DNA of 42,208 bases from Pseudomonadota bacterium (GTDB lineage: Bacteria > Pseudomonadota > Gammaproteobacteria > Burkholderiales > Burkholderiaceae_C). This document shows positions 17,592 to 29,518 of this stretch, piece after piece; positions within the stretch are counted from its first letter, which is position 1, and each line of letters begins with the position of its first letter. The stretch spans positions 1 through 42,208 of the forward strand of contig JAKBBQ010000002.1 of NCBI GenBank assembly GCA_021808405.1. The letters are read 5' to 3'. Made by a program: the position numbers and the translations under genes. The notes under the pieces were generated by a model. The model had not been told where the DNA came from. It ran no database searches and worked only from the letters and a program-made list of their open reading frames with translations.

Positions 17592-18581
17592 ATGGAAACC
17601 TTGCTCGACTTCCTGCAACTCAGCGATGACGAAACGCGCGCGCTGCAAACCCACGCGCCGGCGTTGAGGCAGCGCGCCGCCGCGGCCTGCGCGCACTTCG
17701 AGAAACAGGCGCGCGCCCAGCAGGTCGCCGGCGAACTGCTGGAGCCGCTGGGCGAAGCGGCGCTGCAGCAGTTGCTGGAACTGCACCAGGAGCATTACCT
17801 GGAACTGCTCGCCCCCCACTACACGCCGCAATTGCAGCAGCGCATGCTCGGCGTCGGCCAGCTGTTCCACCGCTGGGGACTGGCTCCGCTGTGGATCATG
17901 ACCCTGTCCTCGGGCTTCGCCGCCGATTTCGAGATGTTCGCTGCCGAGTTGTCGCTGCAGCAACGCCGGCCGCTGATGGGCGCGCTGTACAAGAGGCTGC
18001 GGCGCGACGAGGCCTGGCAGCTCGAGGGCTACAGGTTGGCCAGCGAACGCGTGCGCCGCACCCTGGAGCAAAGCCCGCTGCGCGATGGCCTGAGCGGCCT
18101 GCTGAACCTGGCCGCGCTGCAGGAAATGCTGCCGCTGGCGCTCGAACGCACGCGGCGCAACCACACGAAACTGGCGCTCGCGGCGCTCGATTTCGACGAT
18201 TTCGAATCGCTCAACCGCAACCACGGCCGCGCCGCCGGCGACTCGGTGCTGCGTCAGTTCGCGCAGCGGCTGCAGCGCGCGCTGCGCAAGACCGACCTGC
18301 TGGTGCGCAGCGACGGCGACGAATTCGTGCTGGTGCTCGAAGGCATCCGCGACATCAGCAACATCGCGCCGCTGCTCGAGCGGCTGCAACTCGACTTCGA
18401 CGTGCCCTATGCGCTGTCGGACGCGCTGTTCTGGCAATGCCCGATCAGCATGGGCGTGACCCTGTTCCCCGATGACGATGTCGACGCCGAGGAACTGCTG
18501 CTGCACGCCCGTGCTGCGATGCAGCAAGTGAAGGCGACCAAGTCGCAGCGCGAATTCTTCTGGGGTTTCTACCAGCGCTGA
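17592..18581 (+). CDS. Globin-sensor-like domain plus degenerate GGDEF domain protein
   Basis: N-terminal helical protoglobin-like region; C-terminal DGLSGLLN, RKTD I-site, active-site motif DGDEF. Confidence 0.8.
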   Translation: METLLDFLQLSDDETRALQTHAPALRQRAAAACAHFEKQARAQQVAGELLEPLGEAALQQLLELHQEHYLELLAPHYTPQLQQRMLGVGQLFHRWGLAPLWIMTLSSGFAADFEMFAAELSLQQRRPLMGALYKRLRRDEAWQLEGYRLASERVRRTLEQSPLRDGLSGLLNLAALQEMLPLALERTRRNHTKLALAALDFDDFESLNRNHGRAAGDSVLRQFAQRLQRALRKTDLLVRSDGDEFVLVLEGIRDISNIAPLLERLQLDFDVPYALSDALFWQCPISMGVTLFPDDDVDAEELLLHARAAMQQVKATKSQREFFWGFYQR

Positions 18582-18799
18582 AACGCCGCCGCCCGGGCGG
18601 CTCGCCCGGATCGCGCGCCGCCCCTGCGCGCCGCGATGTCGCGTCTGGAAACAGCCGCCACCGTCCCGGCCCGGCCCAAGGTGATTAAACTGCCCGGCAC
18701 GGCGCGACGCTGCGCCGTGCCAAATCACAACGACGGCGAGGCCCGCTGCGAAGCTGCAAGGTGGCCGCGGGTGGCGCCGAACACGGAGCCAGCAGTCCT

Positions 18800-20665
<1,866 letters not shown>

Positions 20666-20677
20666 GGCGCCGGCTAC

Positions 20678-21307
20678 TCAGGGTTTGCCGAAGGTGACCA
20701 CCAGGCTGGCGACGTGCAGCCCGAACTTGAGCATGCGGGTGTGGTTGAGCAACAGCTTGTCGCCCAGCAGGTACATGTGGTCGTCCATGCGCACCCGCAG
20801 CACCCGCTCGCCCATCGGCAGCGCCAACACGTAGTTCCAGCGCAGGCTGTGGCCGCTGCCGCTGGCGCGCGCGGTGCCGACCACGTCGCCCGCGGTGGCC
20901 TCGTAGCGCCTCAGGCCCTGGCGTTCGGACAGCCGGCGCAGGCTCCAGGTGCGGCGCTGGCGCTGGCCGTCGTCGAACACGTAGGACTCCTGCAGCCTGC
21001 CCCAGTCGCCCTGCCACAGCGCCTGCATGTCGACGTGGAAGCGCCGGCGTTCCTTTCCGCGACGATCGAGCACCACGCCGTCGGCCCACAGCCTGCCGTC
21101 GAAGAACTCCTCCAGGCGCAGCTGGCGCTGCGGCAGCGCAGGCTCGCCGGCGGGCCGCGTCGCCGCCGCCTGCTGCGGCAGCACGCTCGCCGGCGCGACC
21201 TCGGCCCCCAGGGTGTCGACCACGGTGTCGGGTTGCAAGTCGAAACTGGCGGGTCTGCGCTGCATCATGGTGTCGACGGGCGCGGCCTGCCGCGCGAACG
21301 CCACCAT
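20678..21307 (-). CDS. DUF3833-family beta-barrel protein
   Basis: LEEFFDG, RRFHVDM, DDGQRQRRTW, GDVVG, MDDHMY, KFG pattern; start uncertain (21307 or about 21268). Confidence 0.75.
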   Translation of the reverse strand: MVAFARQAAPVDTMMQRRPASFDLQPDTVVDTLGAEVAPASVLPQQAAATRPAGEPALPQRQLRLEEFFDGRLWADGVVLDRRGKERRRFHVDMQALWQGDWGRLQESYVFDDGQRQRRTWSLRRLSERQGLRRYEATAGDVVGTARASGSGHSLRWNYVLALPMGERVLRVRMDDHMYLLGDKLLLNHTRMLKFGLHVASLVVTFGKP

Positions 21308-21425
21308 GGTAGCGCCGCGCAGGCGCCGCGCGGCCGCCGCCGCCGGCGTTCCTGCCTATACTGGTCAGCGCGTTGCCGGGTGCGGCGCCCGGCGGCAGGT
21401 CCCAGCTCATGTCCAGGAGGATGAC

Positions 21426-21641
21426 GTGTTTCCCGAATATCGCGACCTGATTTCCCGGCTCAAGACCTCCGATGCCCATTTCGCCAGGCTGTTCGACCGA
21501 CACAACGAACTGGATCAGCGCATCCGCCATTTCGAGGAGGGAGTCCAGACCGCCGACGGCCTGACCATCGAGAACCTGAAGAAACAAAAGCTCAAGCTCA
21601 AGGACGAGCTCTACCAGATGCTGCGCAAGGCCGCCGCCTGA
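21426..21641 (+). CDS. YdcH/DUF465 family small protein
   Basis: AGGAGG then GTG start; FPEYRDLISRLK..HFARLFDRHNELD..LKKQKLKLKDEL. Confidence 0.88.
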   Translation: MFPEYRDLISRLKTSDAHFARLFDRHNELDQRIRHFEEGVQTADGLTIENLKKQKLKLKDELYQMLRKAAA

Positions 21642-21661
21642 GGCGCTGCGCGCCGCCGCGG

Positions 21662-22897
21662 CTACAGGTACTCGCCGATCCGGCTCACGCCCCACTGCAC
21701 CGGGTTCTCCAGGCCGACGATGCGCTCGTCGCACCCGGGCAGCGCCAGGTCGATCAGGCGCGGGCTCAGCGCGGCCCGCGTCTGCGCGTGCATCAGCACC
21801 CGCACGCGCGGCGCCAGCAGCGAAGCTTCGCCCTGCTCGACCACCACTCCGAGCAGCCCCGATTCCAGGCGCACGAAACTGCCGATGGGGTAGATGCCCA
21901 CGCTCTTGACGAAATGCTGGAACACCGCCTCGTCGAAATGCGTGCCCGTCCAGCCCGCCATCCGGCGCAGTGAGCCCGCCGGATCCCAGCCCGCCTTGTA
22001 GGGTCGGTTGGAGGTGATCGCGTCGTAGACGTCACACACCGCGCCCATGCGCGCGACCAGGGAGATGCGCTGCCCAGGCAGGCCCTTGGGATAGCCGGTT
22101 CCGTCGACCTTCTCGTGGTGGTGCAGGCACACGTCGAGCGCAGCCGCGGGGATGCCCTCGAGGTGGCGCAGCAGCTCGTAGCCGAGCTCCGGATGGGTGC
22201 GCACGGTACGCAGCTCGTCTTCGCTCAGCCGTGCCGGCTTGTTGATGATCGCCGCCGGGATCATCGCCTTGCCCACGTCGTGCAGCAGGCCGGCCATTCC
22301 GGCGTCGCGGGTCTGCCGGGCATCGAGCCGCAACTGGCGCGACAACGCGATCATCAGCGCGCACACCGCCGCCGAGTGCATGTAGGTGTACTCGTCGGCG
22401 GCCTTCAGGCGCGCGACGCTGAGCAGGGCCCAGGGGTTGCGCTGCACCGACTCCGAAATTTCCTCGACCAGTTCGGCGGCACCCGCGGTGTCGATCGCGC
22501 GGCCCAGCCGCGACTGCTCGAACAGCGAAAGCAGGACCGGCCGCGACCCGTCATAGATGCGACGAGCACGCTGGACTTCCTGATGGAAATCCGTAGTTGG
22601 CTCGACTGCCCTGGCTGTGGCCTCAACCGCCTGACGCCGCTCCTGCAGCTCGGTCGATTCCGGTTGGAGCGCCGACGCCCCTCGCTCCCCGCCCTCGTCG
22701 TCGTCCGCGCCCGCGGCCAGTCCCCGGTGCGGGTCGATCCACAACTCCTCGATGCCGCTTTGGACGATGGCGTCGATCTCCGCGTCGCGGCGCACCAGGA
22801 AGGATCCGCGCCAGAAGGGGTGGTCGAGCCAGGAACCGGCCAGGCGCTCGACGTACATGCCCTTGCGCAACTGCTGGGAGCGGATCTTCTGGAGCAT
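21662..22897 (-). CDS. DUF3391 plus HD-GYP c-di-GMP phosphodiesterase
   Basis: LRKGMYV..WLDHPF N-terminus; [38 protein letters not shown] intact. Confidence 0.92.
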   Translation of the reverse strand: MLQKIRSQQLRKGMYVERLAGSWLDHPFWRGSFLVRRDAEIDAIVQSGIEELWIDPHRGLAAGADDDEGGERGASALQPESTELQERRQAVEATARAVEPTTDFHQEVQRARRIYDGSRPVLLSLFEQSRLGRAIDTAGAAELVEEISESVQRNPWALLSVARLKAADEYTYMHSAAVCALMIALSRQLRLDARQTRDAGMAGLLHDVGKAMIPAAIINKPARLSEDELRTVRTHPELGYELLRHLEGIPAAALDVCLHHHEKVDGTGYPKGLPGQRISLVARMGAVCDVYDAITSNRPYKAGWDPAGSLRRMAGWTGTHFDEAVFQHFVKSVGIYPIGSFVRLESGLLGVVVEQGEASLLAPRVRVLMHAQTRAALSPRLIDLALPGCDERIVGLENPVQWGVSRIGEYL

Positions 22898-23159
22898 CGG
22901 CAGGCAGGCCACGACGCGTGGCGGGTTCACAACAAAGCGCATCGTAGAACATCGCCGGCGCGGATGGCGAGCAAGGATTTCACACTCCGCGAATCGGCAC
23001 GCGCTGCGTGCACGCCGGCGGTCTGTCCTCTACCATCGGCAGCCACACCCTGCCGGCGCGACCTGCCGTCGCTCGCTCGCGCGGCCGCGCACCGAGCCTC
23101 GACCCCGTCATGTCCTCGTCCCGCCACCTCCCCGCCGCCGAGCGTCCCGGGCCCGCGCG

Positions 23160-25316
23160 ATGAAACCCCTGGCGCGCCTGAGCCGGGTGGTCTTCAGCCG
23201 CTATTTCAGCAGCGGCGTGGTGTCGGCCACCGGCACCCTGGCGCTGGGCCTGCTCGGCTACGCGATCGCCGGCATGGGCTACGCGCTGAGCCTGGCCAGC
23301 GGCGCGCTGATGGTTTGCTTCGCCGACAACCCGGCCCCGGTCGGACTGAAGGCCGTGGAGCTGTCCTTCGCATCGATCGCCGGCGCGCTGTGCTTCGCCG
23401 CGGTGTGGGGCACGGCCAGGCACCCCTGGCTGCAACTGGCGGTCGTCCCGGTCCTGGGCTTCCTGGCCGGGCTGGTCACGCTGTGGGGAAAGCGCGCGGT
23501 GGGCATCGCGTTCAGCCTGCTGTTCATCACCATCATCACGCTGGGCATCCCGCCGCCGGCGAATTCGGCCGCGCTGGCCGCCGGCAGCGTGCTGCTGCTG
23601 CTGGGCGCGCTGGCCTACACCGCCTACGCGCTGCTGCTCGGCCGCGTGCTGCGCGGCCGCACCAAGCAGCAGGCGCTGGCCGAGGTGATCGACGCCATCG
23701 GCGCCTACATGCGCTGGCAGGGCCAGGCCTATGCGCGCGCGGCTGCGCAGACGCCGGACGACGACGGGGCGCAGGCGGCGATGCTGCAGGGGGCCGTCAA
23801 CGATGCGCTGCAGTCGGCGCGCGACCTGGTGCTGCGCGAGGGGCGCGCGCCGCGCGACGCGCTGTGGACCCACATGCTGCTGCTGACCCTCGACCTGTTC
23901 GAGGCCCAGCTGGCTGCGCACAACGACGCCTCGCCGCTGCACGAGGCCTTCGACGGCAGCGACGTGCTGCAGGCGCTGGGGCTGGGCCTGCGGCAAAACG
24001 CCGAGGCACTGGAGACGCTGGCGCTGGCGCTGCTGCACGACCGCGAACTGCATGTGCGAACACCGCGGCCGCAGCGCTGGGATGGCCTGCAACAGCAGGC
24101 CGCGGCCTGGCTGGGCGAACGCACCGAGTCCGAGCTGCGCCAGGCGCGCGCGATGCTCGAGGCGCAGTTGCACAGCCTGCGCCAGGTCGACGCGCTGGTC
24201 GGCGCGCTGCACCAGGCCTATGCGCTGCGCAACGCGCCGCCGGCCTTCCCGGAACTGCCCGACGCGCGGCTGTTCGTCAGCCCGTGGCGCTACCAGCCGC
24301 GGCAGGTGCTGGCGCACCTGCGCCTGGGCTCGCCGGTGTTTCGCCATGCCGTGCGCCTGGCGCTGGCGCTGGGCTGTGCGCTGCTGCTGTCGCGCCTGAT
24401 GTTCTCCCACCAGGAACATGCCTACTGGATCGGCCTGACGATCGCGGTGATCCTGCGCCCGAACTACGGCGTGACCCGCCAGCGCATCCGCGAGCGTCTG
24501 CTCGGCACGGTGGCCGGCTGCCTGCTGGCGGCGGCCTTCCTGGCGCTGCACCCGGGGCTGTACTGGATGCTGGCCGGCATCTTCCTCGCGCTGGCGCTGG
24601 CGCGCACCTTCGTCACCACCAACTACCGCTTCACCGCGATGGCCGGAAGCGTGCTGGCGCTGCTGCTGGCCTACCTGCTGCGCGAGAACTCGCCCTTCCT
24701 GGCCGAGCAGCGCGTGCTCGACACCGCGATCGGCGCGGCGCTGGCCTGGGGCTTCAGCCACCTGCTGCCGCGCTGGGAATACCTGGACGCGCCGCAGCAA
24801 CTGCGCGATCTGCTGGCCGCGCTGTCCCGCTACGCCGCGGTGGCGCTCGAGCGCGCGCCCCACGAGGAGCGGGAATTCAGGCTGGCCCGCAAGCAGCTGT
24901 TCGATACCCTCGCCGGGATCACCGGCCTGCATGGCCGCATGCTCGAGGAGCCGCGCGGCAGGCGACGGGCGCCGCAGCACCTGGCGCAGTTGATCACCCA
25001 CGCCTACCTGCTGGCTTCGCAACTGGCCTCGGTGCGCCTGCTGCGCGCCCAGCTCGAGCCGCAGGGACGCATGGGCGATCCCCAGTGGGCGCAGATGCAG
25101 GCTTGCCGCGACCAGGTGCTGCACGGACTGTCGAGCCAGCGCGGCGTCGACGCGGTCGCCCCGGCAGGCACGCCGCCGTCCTGGCTGCCCGACGAGGATC
25201 CGCTGCTCACGCGCCTGCACCTGATCGGCAGCGAAGCCGCGCAGATCGGCCAGTTGCGCCAGCGCATCCAGCGCGAGCTGCACGGCGCGCCGACCGCTGC
25301 GCAGCAACCCGCCTGA
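23160..25316 (+). CDS. FUSC-family (YccS/YhfK-like) inner-membrane transporter
   Basis: Two TM clusters; FRHAVRLA, YWIGLTIAVILRP, RLLGTVAG, RVLDTAIG. Confidence 0.88.
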   Translation: MKPLARLSRVVFSRYFSSGVVSATGTLALGLLGYAIAGMGYALSLASGALMVCFADNPAPVGLKAVELSFASIAGALCFAAVWGTARHPWLQLAVVPVLGFLAGLVTLWGKRAVGIAFSLLFITIITLGIPPPANSAALAAGSVLLLLGALAYTAYALLLGRVLRGRTKQQALAEVIDAIGAYMRWQGQAYARAAAQTPDDDGAQAAMLQGAVNDALQSARDLVLREGRAPRDALWTHMLLLTLDLFEAQLAAHNDASPLHEAFDGSDVLQALGLGLRQNAEALETLALALLHDRELHVRTPRPQRWDGLQQQAAAWLGERTESELRQARAMLEAQLHSLRQVDALVGALHQAYALRNAPPAFPELPDARLFVSPWRYQPRQVLAHLRLGSPVFRHAVRLALALGCALLLSRLMFSHQEHAYWIGLTIAVILRPNYGVTRQRIRERLLGTVAGCLLAAAFLALHPGLYWMLAGIFLALALARTFVTTNYRFTAMAGSVLALLLAYLLRENSPFLAEQRVLDTAIGAALAWGFSHLLPRWEYLDAPQQLRDLLAALSRYAAVALERAPHEEREFRLARKQLFDTLAGITGLHGRMLEEPRGRRRAPQHLAQLITHAYLLASQLASVRLLRAQLEPQGRMGDPQWAQMQACRDQVLHGLSSQRGVDAVAPAGTPPSWLPDEDPLLTRLHLIGSEAAQIGQLRQRIQRELHGAPTAAQQPA

Positions 25317-25335
25317 GCACGGCGGCGCGGCGAGC

Positions 25336-26094
25336 TCACTCGGCGCCGGCGGCCACCCAGGCCGTCTTGTGCACTCCGGGATGACTGCCGAGTTCGCGCA
25401 CCAGGCGGTCGAGTGCCTGCGTGCGACCGGGACGCGCATCGAGCGTGGCGGCGATCTCGACGTCGCTGCCGAGCAGGCGCTGCTGCACCACCGGCACCGC
25501 GAACCCGGCGCCGGCCGCGAGCTCCTGCAGCCATGCCAGCAGCGCCTGGCTGTGCTCCACGCCGACCACCGCCCACAGCGTGAACAGCGCAGCCGGATCG
25601 GCCTCGACCGCGGGCGCGCCGACCGCCGCGTCGGCCGCGCGCAGGTCGGCCAGCGGGCGATGCAGCGCGCTGACCACCGGGCGCAGCGCGGTATTGGCGC
25701 ACAGCACCAGCGCGGTGCCGAGCAGGGCCTCGAAGAACTCGCCGCAGCCGCAGGCCGCGCCCACCGCAGCGGCGCCCCACAGCGTGGCGGCGGTGTTGAT
25801 TCCGCGCACCGTGCCCTGGTCGCGCAGGATGACCCCGGCGCCGAGGAAGCCGATTCCCGAGGCGACATAGGCGATCACCCGCACCGCGCCCGCGCCGCCG
25901 GCCAGCGCCATGCTCATGCTGACGAACATCGACGCGGCCAGCGCCACCAGCACGATGGTGCGCAGCCCGGCGGTGCGCTGGCGCACCTGGCGCTCCCAGC
26001 CGATCAGCCCGCCCAGCGCGAAGGCGCCCAGCAGGCTGAGCAGCACCTGGACATGCGGCGACGGCAGCCAGCCCGCGGCGACGGCGTGTGGCAT
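25336..26094 (-). CDS. mgtC: MgtC/SapB family membrane protein
   Basis: IGWERQ, TAGLRT, SGIGFLGAGVI, GINTAATLW; C-terminal soluble domain. Confidence 0.88.
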   Translation of the reverse strand: MPHAVAAGWLPSPHVQVLLSLLGAFALGGLIGWERQVRQRTAGLRTIVLVALAASMFVSMSMALAGGAGAVRVIAYVASGIGFLGAGVILRDQGTVRGINTAATLWGAAAVGAACGCGEFFEALLGTALVLCANTALRPVVSALHRPLADLRAADAAVGAPAVEADPAALFTLWAVVGVEHSQALLAWLQELAAGAGFAVPVVQQRLLGSDVEIAATLDARPGRTQALDRLVRELGSHPGVHKTAWVAAGAE

Positions 26095-26115
26095 GGCCCG
26101 TTCCCGGCCGCCGCC

Positions 26116-26328
26116 TCAGCGCGCGTCGGGCGGTTCGCCGAACAGGCCCTTGCGGTCGAGCGCCAGTTCGAGCGAAGGCAGCCGCACGTCGAGCAGGTCG
26201 GCCACGGGTGCGCGGCCGCGCGTGGGGCCGAGCGTGGTGGCATGCCTGCGCGCAGCGCGGTCCGGCGTGCCGCGCACGCCGCGGCGGGGCCGCGCCCAAC
26301 GGCACAGCCGGGCGATCCATCGGTTCAT
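26116..26328 (-). CDS. Small basic hypothetical protein (70 aa) upstream of mgtC
   Basis: Strong GGAGGA RBS shortly before ATG 26328; stops 21 nt before mgtC. Confidence 0.5.
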   Translation of the reverse strand: MNRWIARLCRWARPRRGVRGTPDRAARRHATTLGPTRGRAPVADLLDVRLPSLELALDRKGLFGEPPDAR

Positions 26329-26743
26329 CGGTGTTCCTCCTCGACCGGCGCATGCCGGCAGCCCACGCGACGCACTGCGGGCGCCGGCGACGCGGAATCG
26401 TGGGCAGCGCAGCCCGCGACACCCCGGCAGGCGCGAACACGCCGTGTGCGGGAACATCGAGGCGAACTTCGCTGTGCACCGGCCCGGGTTCCGGTGCGTC
26501 CAGCGACGCGCCGGTACTCAGGCCGTCATTCCGGCAGGGCCGCAAGACCCGGCAGGGCAACGACTGGGATGGTCCATCGGAGCGCAGGCCCGAAGCCTGT
26601 GCGGGTTGCAGAGCGGTGCAGTATAGGCAGCGCCTCGCGGGCCTGGCCGACTCCGCCACATAGGCACCGCGGACCGAAGGGCTTTGCCCCGGCCGGTGCC
26701 GGCTGGCCGCTGCGCGAGCAATCGGGTATCATTCGGCGGCTTC

Positions 26744-26819
26744 GGGGGTATAGCTCAGTTGGTAGAGCAGCTGACTCTTAATCAGTAGGTCCAAGGTTCG
26801 AATCCTTGTGCCCCCACCA
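26744..26819 (+). tRNA. tRNA-Lys(CTT)
   Basis: 76 nt; acceptor GGGGGTA/TGCCCCC, D-arm AGCTCAGTTGGTAGAGC, anticodon loop CTCTTAA, GGTTCGAATCC T-arm, encoded CCA. Confidence 0.97.
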
Positions 26820-26844
26820 GACCCAGGTTCCGCGAGGTTCCGGG

Positions 26845-26887
26845 AAAGCCGGAAAGCCCGAGAGATTCCAGGGCCTCCGGCTTTTTT
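26845..26887 (+). terminator. Terminator downstream of tRNA-Lys
   Basis: AAAGCCGGA ... TCCGGCTTTTTT inverted repeat with T tract. Confidence 0.7.
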
Positions 26888-26978
26888 GCTGGGCCCCTGA
26901 ACGTCCTGCACGTCCCGCGCGTCCTGCACGCCCCGCATGCCCCACGCGGCGCCTCGCCGAGTCCCGTAGATTCCGCCC

Positions 26979-27995
26979 ATGCCCCTTCCGATCCTCGTCA
27001 CCGGCGGCGCCGGCTACATCGGCTCCCACACCTGCGTCGCGCTGATCGAGGCCGGGCATGTTCCGCTGGTGCTGGACAACCTGTGCAACAGCAGCGTCGA
27101 GTCGCTCGCGCGGGTGCAGCGCATCACCGGAGTGCGCCCGCTGTGGGTCGAGGGCGACATCCGCGATGCCGCGCTGCTGCAGCGCGTGCTGGCCGAGCAT
27201 CGGCCGCAGGCGGTGATCCACTTCGCGGGGCTGAAGGCGGTCGGCGAGTCGGTCCGCGAACCCCTTGCGTACTACGACAACAACGTCGGCGGAACGACCA
27301 TCCTGCTGCAGGCCATGCAAGAGGCCGGTTTGCGCAACCTGATCTTCTCGTCGTCCGCGACGGTCTACGGCAACCCCGCGTCGGTGCCCATCAGCGAGGA
27401 TTTCCCGCGCAGCGCGACCAACCCCTACGGGCGCAGCAAGCTGATGATCGAGGACATCCTGGGCGACCTGGTGGGTGCCGATCCGCGCTGGCGCGTGGCC
27501 CGGCTGCGCTATTTCAACCCGGTAGGCGCCCACGCCAGCGGGCTGATCGGCGAGGATCCGCGCGGCATCCCGAACAACCTGATGCCCTACATCACCCAGG
27601 TCGCGGTCGGCAGGCTGCCCGAGCTGCAGGTTTTCGGAGGCGACTGGCCCACCCCCGATGGAACCGGGGTGCGCGACTTCATCCACGTCATGGACCTCGC
27701 CGAGGGACATGTCGCTGCGCTTGCCCACCTGCTCGGCGAGCCGGGCATGTTCACCGTCAACCTGGGCACCGGGCAGGGTTGCTCGGTGCTGCAGATGGTG
27801 CAGGCCTTCGAGCGCAACAGCGGGCGCAGGGTGCCCTATCGCATCGTCCCGCGTCGCGCGGGGGACATCGCCGCATGCTGGGCCGACGCGTCGGCTGCGC
27901 ACCGGCTGCTGCACTGGCAGGCGAGGCGCGACCTGGACACCATCTGCGCCGACGCCTGGCGCTGGCAGCAGGCCAACCCCCAGGGCCTGCGCTGA
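26979..27995 (+). CDS. galE: UDP-glucose 4-epimerase
   Basis: GGAGYIGSH, HFAGLKAVGES, SSSATVYG, YGRSK, LRYFNPVGAH, PNNLMP. Confidence 0.96.
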   Translation: MPLPILVTGGAGYIGSHTCVALIEAGHVPLVLDNLCNSSVESLARVQRITGVRPLWVEGDIRDAALLQRVLAEHRPQAVIHFAGLKAVGESVREPLAYYDNNVGGTTILLQAMQEAGLRNLIFSSSATVYGNPASVPISEDFPRSATNPYGRSKLMIEDILGDLVGADPRWRVARLRYFNPVGAHASGLIGEDPRGIPNNLMPYITQVAVGRLPELQVFGGDWPTPDGTGVRDFIHVMDLAEGHVAALAHLLGEPGMFTVNLGTGQGCSVLQMVQAFERNSGRRVPYRIVPRRAGDIAACWADASAAHRLLHWQARRDLDTICADAWRWQQANPQGLR

Positions 27996-28006
27996 CGCGC
28001 CCGCGC

Positions 28007-29260
28007 TCAGGCCGTCGGCGAATACACCGGGTGGGCGTCGGCGAGCTCGCGCACCTGCTCGCGCACCCGCTGCAGCACCGCGGCGTCCTGCGGCGCGTCG
28101 AGCACGTCGCCAATCAGGTGGGCGGTGCGCACCACCTGCGCCTCGCCGAAGCCGCGGGTGGTCATCGCCGGCGTGCCCAGTCGGATCCCCGAGGTCACCA
28201 TGGGCTTCTGGGGATCGTTCGGGATGGCGTTCTTGTTCACCGTGATGTGCACCGACCCCAGCAGCTGCTCGGCCTGCTTGCCGGTGATGTCCTTGGCCCG
28301 CAGGTCGACCAGCATCAGGTGGCTTTGCGTGCCGCCGGAGACGATGCGCAGCCCGCGCTGCTGCAGCGCCGCCGCCATCGCCTGCGCGTTGGCCAGCACC
28401 TGCCTCTGGTAGTCCTTGAACGCCGGCGCCAGCGCCTCCTGGAAGGCCACCGCCTTGGCGGCGATCACATGCATCAGCGGGCCGCCCTGCAGCCCCGGGA
28501 ACACCGCCGAATTGATGGCCTTCTCGTGCTCGGCCTTCATCAAGATGATGCCGCCCCTCGGGCCGCGCAAGGTCTTGTGGGTGGTCGAGGTCACGACATC
28601 GGCATGCGGCACCGGGTTGGGGTAGATGCCGGCGGCGACCAGCCCCGCGTAGTGCGCCATGTCGACCATCAGCTTGGCGCCGACCTCGCGCGCGATGCTC
28701 GCGCAGCGCTCGAAATCGATGTGCAGGCTGTAGGCCGAGGCGCCGGCGATCAGCAGCTTGGGCCGGTGCTGCAGCGCCAGCCGGCGCATCTGCTCGTAGT
28801 CGATGCGCTCCTGGTCGTCCAGGCCATAGGGCACGACCCGGAACCATTTGCCGCTCATGTTCAGCGCCATGCCGTGGGTCAGGTGCCCACCTTCGGCCAG
28901 GCTCAGGCCCATGATGGTGTCGCCGGGCTGCAGGAAGGCCAGGAACACCGCCTCGTTGGCCTGGGCTCCCGAGTGCGGCTGCACGTTGGCGGCCTCGGCG
29001 CCGAACAGTCGCTTGACCCGCTCGATGGCCAGGCTCTCGGCCACGTCGACGTACTCGCAGCCGCCGTAGTAGCGGCGCCCCGGGTAGCCCTCGGCGTACT
29101 TGTTGGTCAGCTGGGTTCCCTGCGCCTGCATCACAGCGGGCGAGGCGTAGTTCTCCGACGCGATCAGTTCCAGGTGGTCGTGCTGGCGGCGGTTTTCATT
29201 CTGGATCGCCGACCACAGCTCGGGGTCGGTCTGGGCGATGGAAATCGAGCGGTCGAACAT
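28007..29260 (-). CDS. glyA: Serine hydroxymethyltransferase
   Basis: [38 protein letters not shown]; AGGAG RBS before ATG 29260. Confidence 0.98.
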   Translation of the reverse strand: MFDRSISIAQTDPELWSAIQNENRRQHDHLELIASENYASPAVMQAQGTQLTNKYAEGYPGRRYYGGCEYVDVAESLAIERVKRLFGAEAANVQPHSGAQANEAVFLAFLQPGDTIMGLSLAEGGHLTHGMALNMSGKWFRVVPYGLDDQERIDYEQMRRLALQHRPKLLIAGASAYSLHIDFERCASIAREVGAKLMVDMAHYAGLVAAGIYPNPVPHADVVTSTTHKTLRGPRGGIILMKAEHEKAINSAVFPGLQGGPLMHVIAAKAVAFQEALAPAFKDYQRQVLANAQAMAAALQQRGLRIVSGGTQSHLMLVDLRAKDITGKQAEQLLGSVHITVNKNAIPNDPQKPMVTSGIRLGTPAMTTRGFGEAQVVRTAHLIGDVLDAPQDAAVLQRVREQVRELADAHPVYSPTA

Positions 29261-29356
29261 GGCTATCTCCTGGCGTGGCATGGGCGCACAAGCGCTGCAC
29301 CGGCATCCGAGCAGCAAAACGCCGCCCCCGGAATCGAAGGCGGCGCTACGGCATCA

Positions 29357-29488
29357 GCCCAGGCGAACGGCGGCACGGGTGGCGGCACGGTTGCGCTCCC
29401 CGGTGGTTGCATCCACCTCGGCCTGCCCGCCCGCGAGCCGCCAATGCGCCGGCCGGGCGAGCGCGGCCTGATCGCCAGTCGCGCAACC
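29357..29488 (-). promoter_or_regulatory. ZMP/ZTP (pfl) riboswitch upstream of glyA
   Basis: Minus strand: GGTTGCGC-GACTGGCGA ... GGTGG-ATGCAA-CCACC-GGGGAGCGCAACC ... GCCGTTCGCCTGGGC, all conserved ZTP aptamer elements; folate-gene context fits. Confidence 0.9.
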
Positions 29489-29518
29489 CGCCCATGGTAC
29501 CTCAGGGCGCGGCCAGCC

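Noticed and set aside
22965-22990. Possible CRP site upstream of the HD-GYP gene
   Set aside because: Only one TGTGA half-site; the second half does not match.
26330-26740. M-box, yybP-ykoY or fluoride riboswitch upstream of mgtC
   Set aside because: No conserved core of these families found by eye on the minus strand.
26744-27000. tRNA-Lys as an integration site or island boundary
   Set aside because: No integrase, no duplicated tRNA 3' end seen, no compositional shift; galE follows directly.
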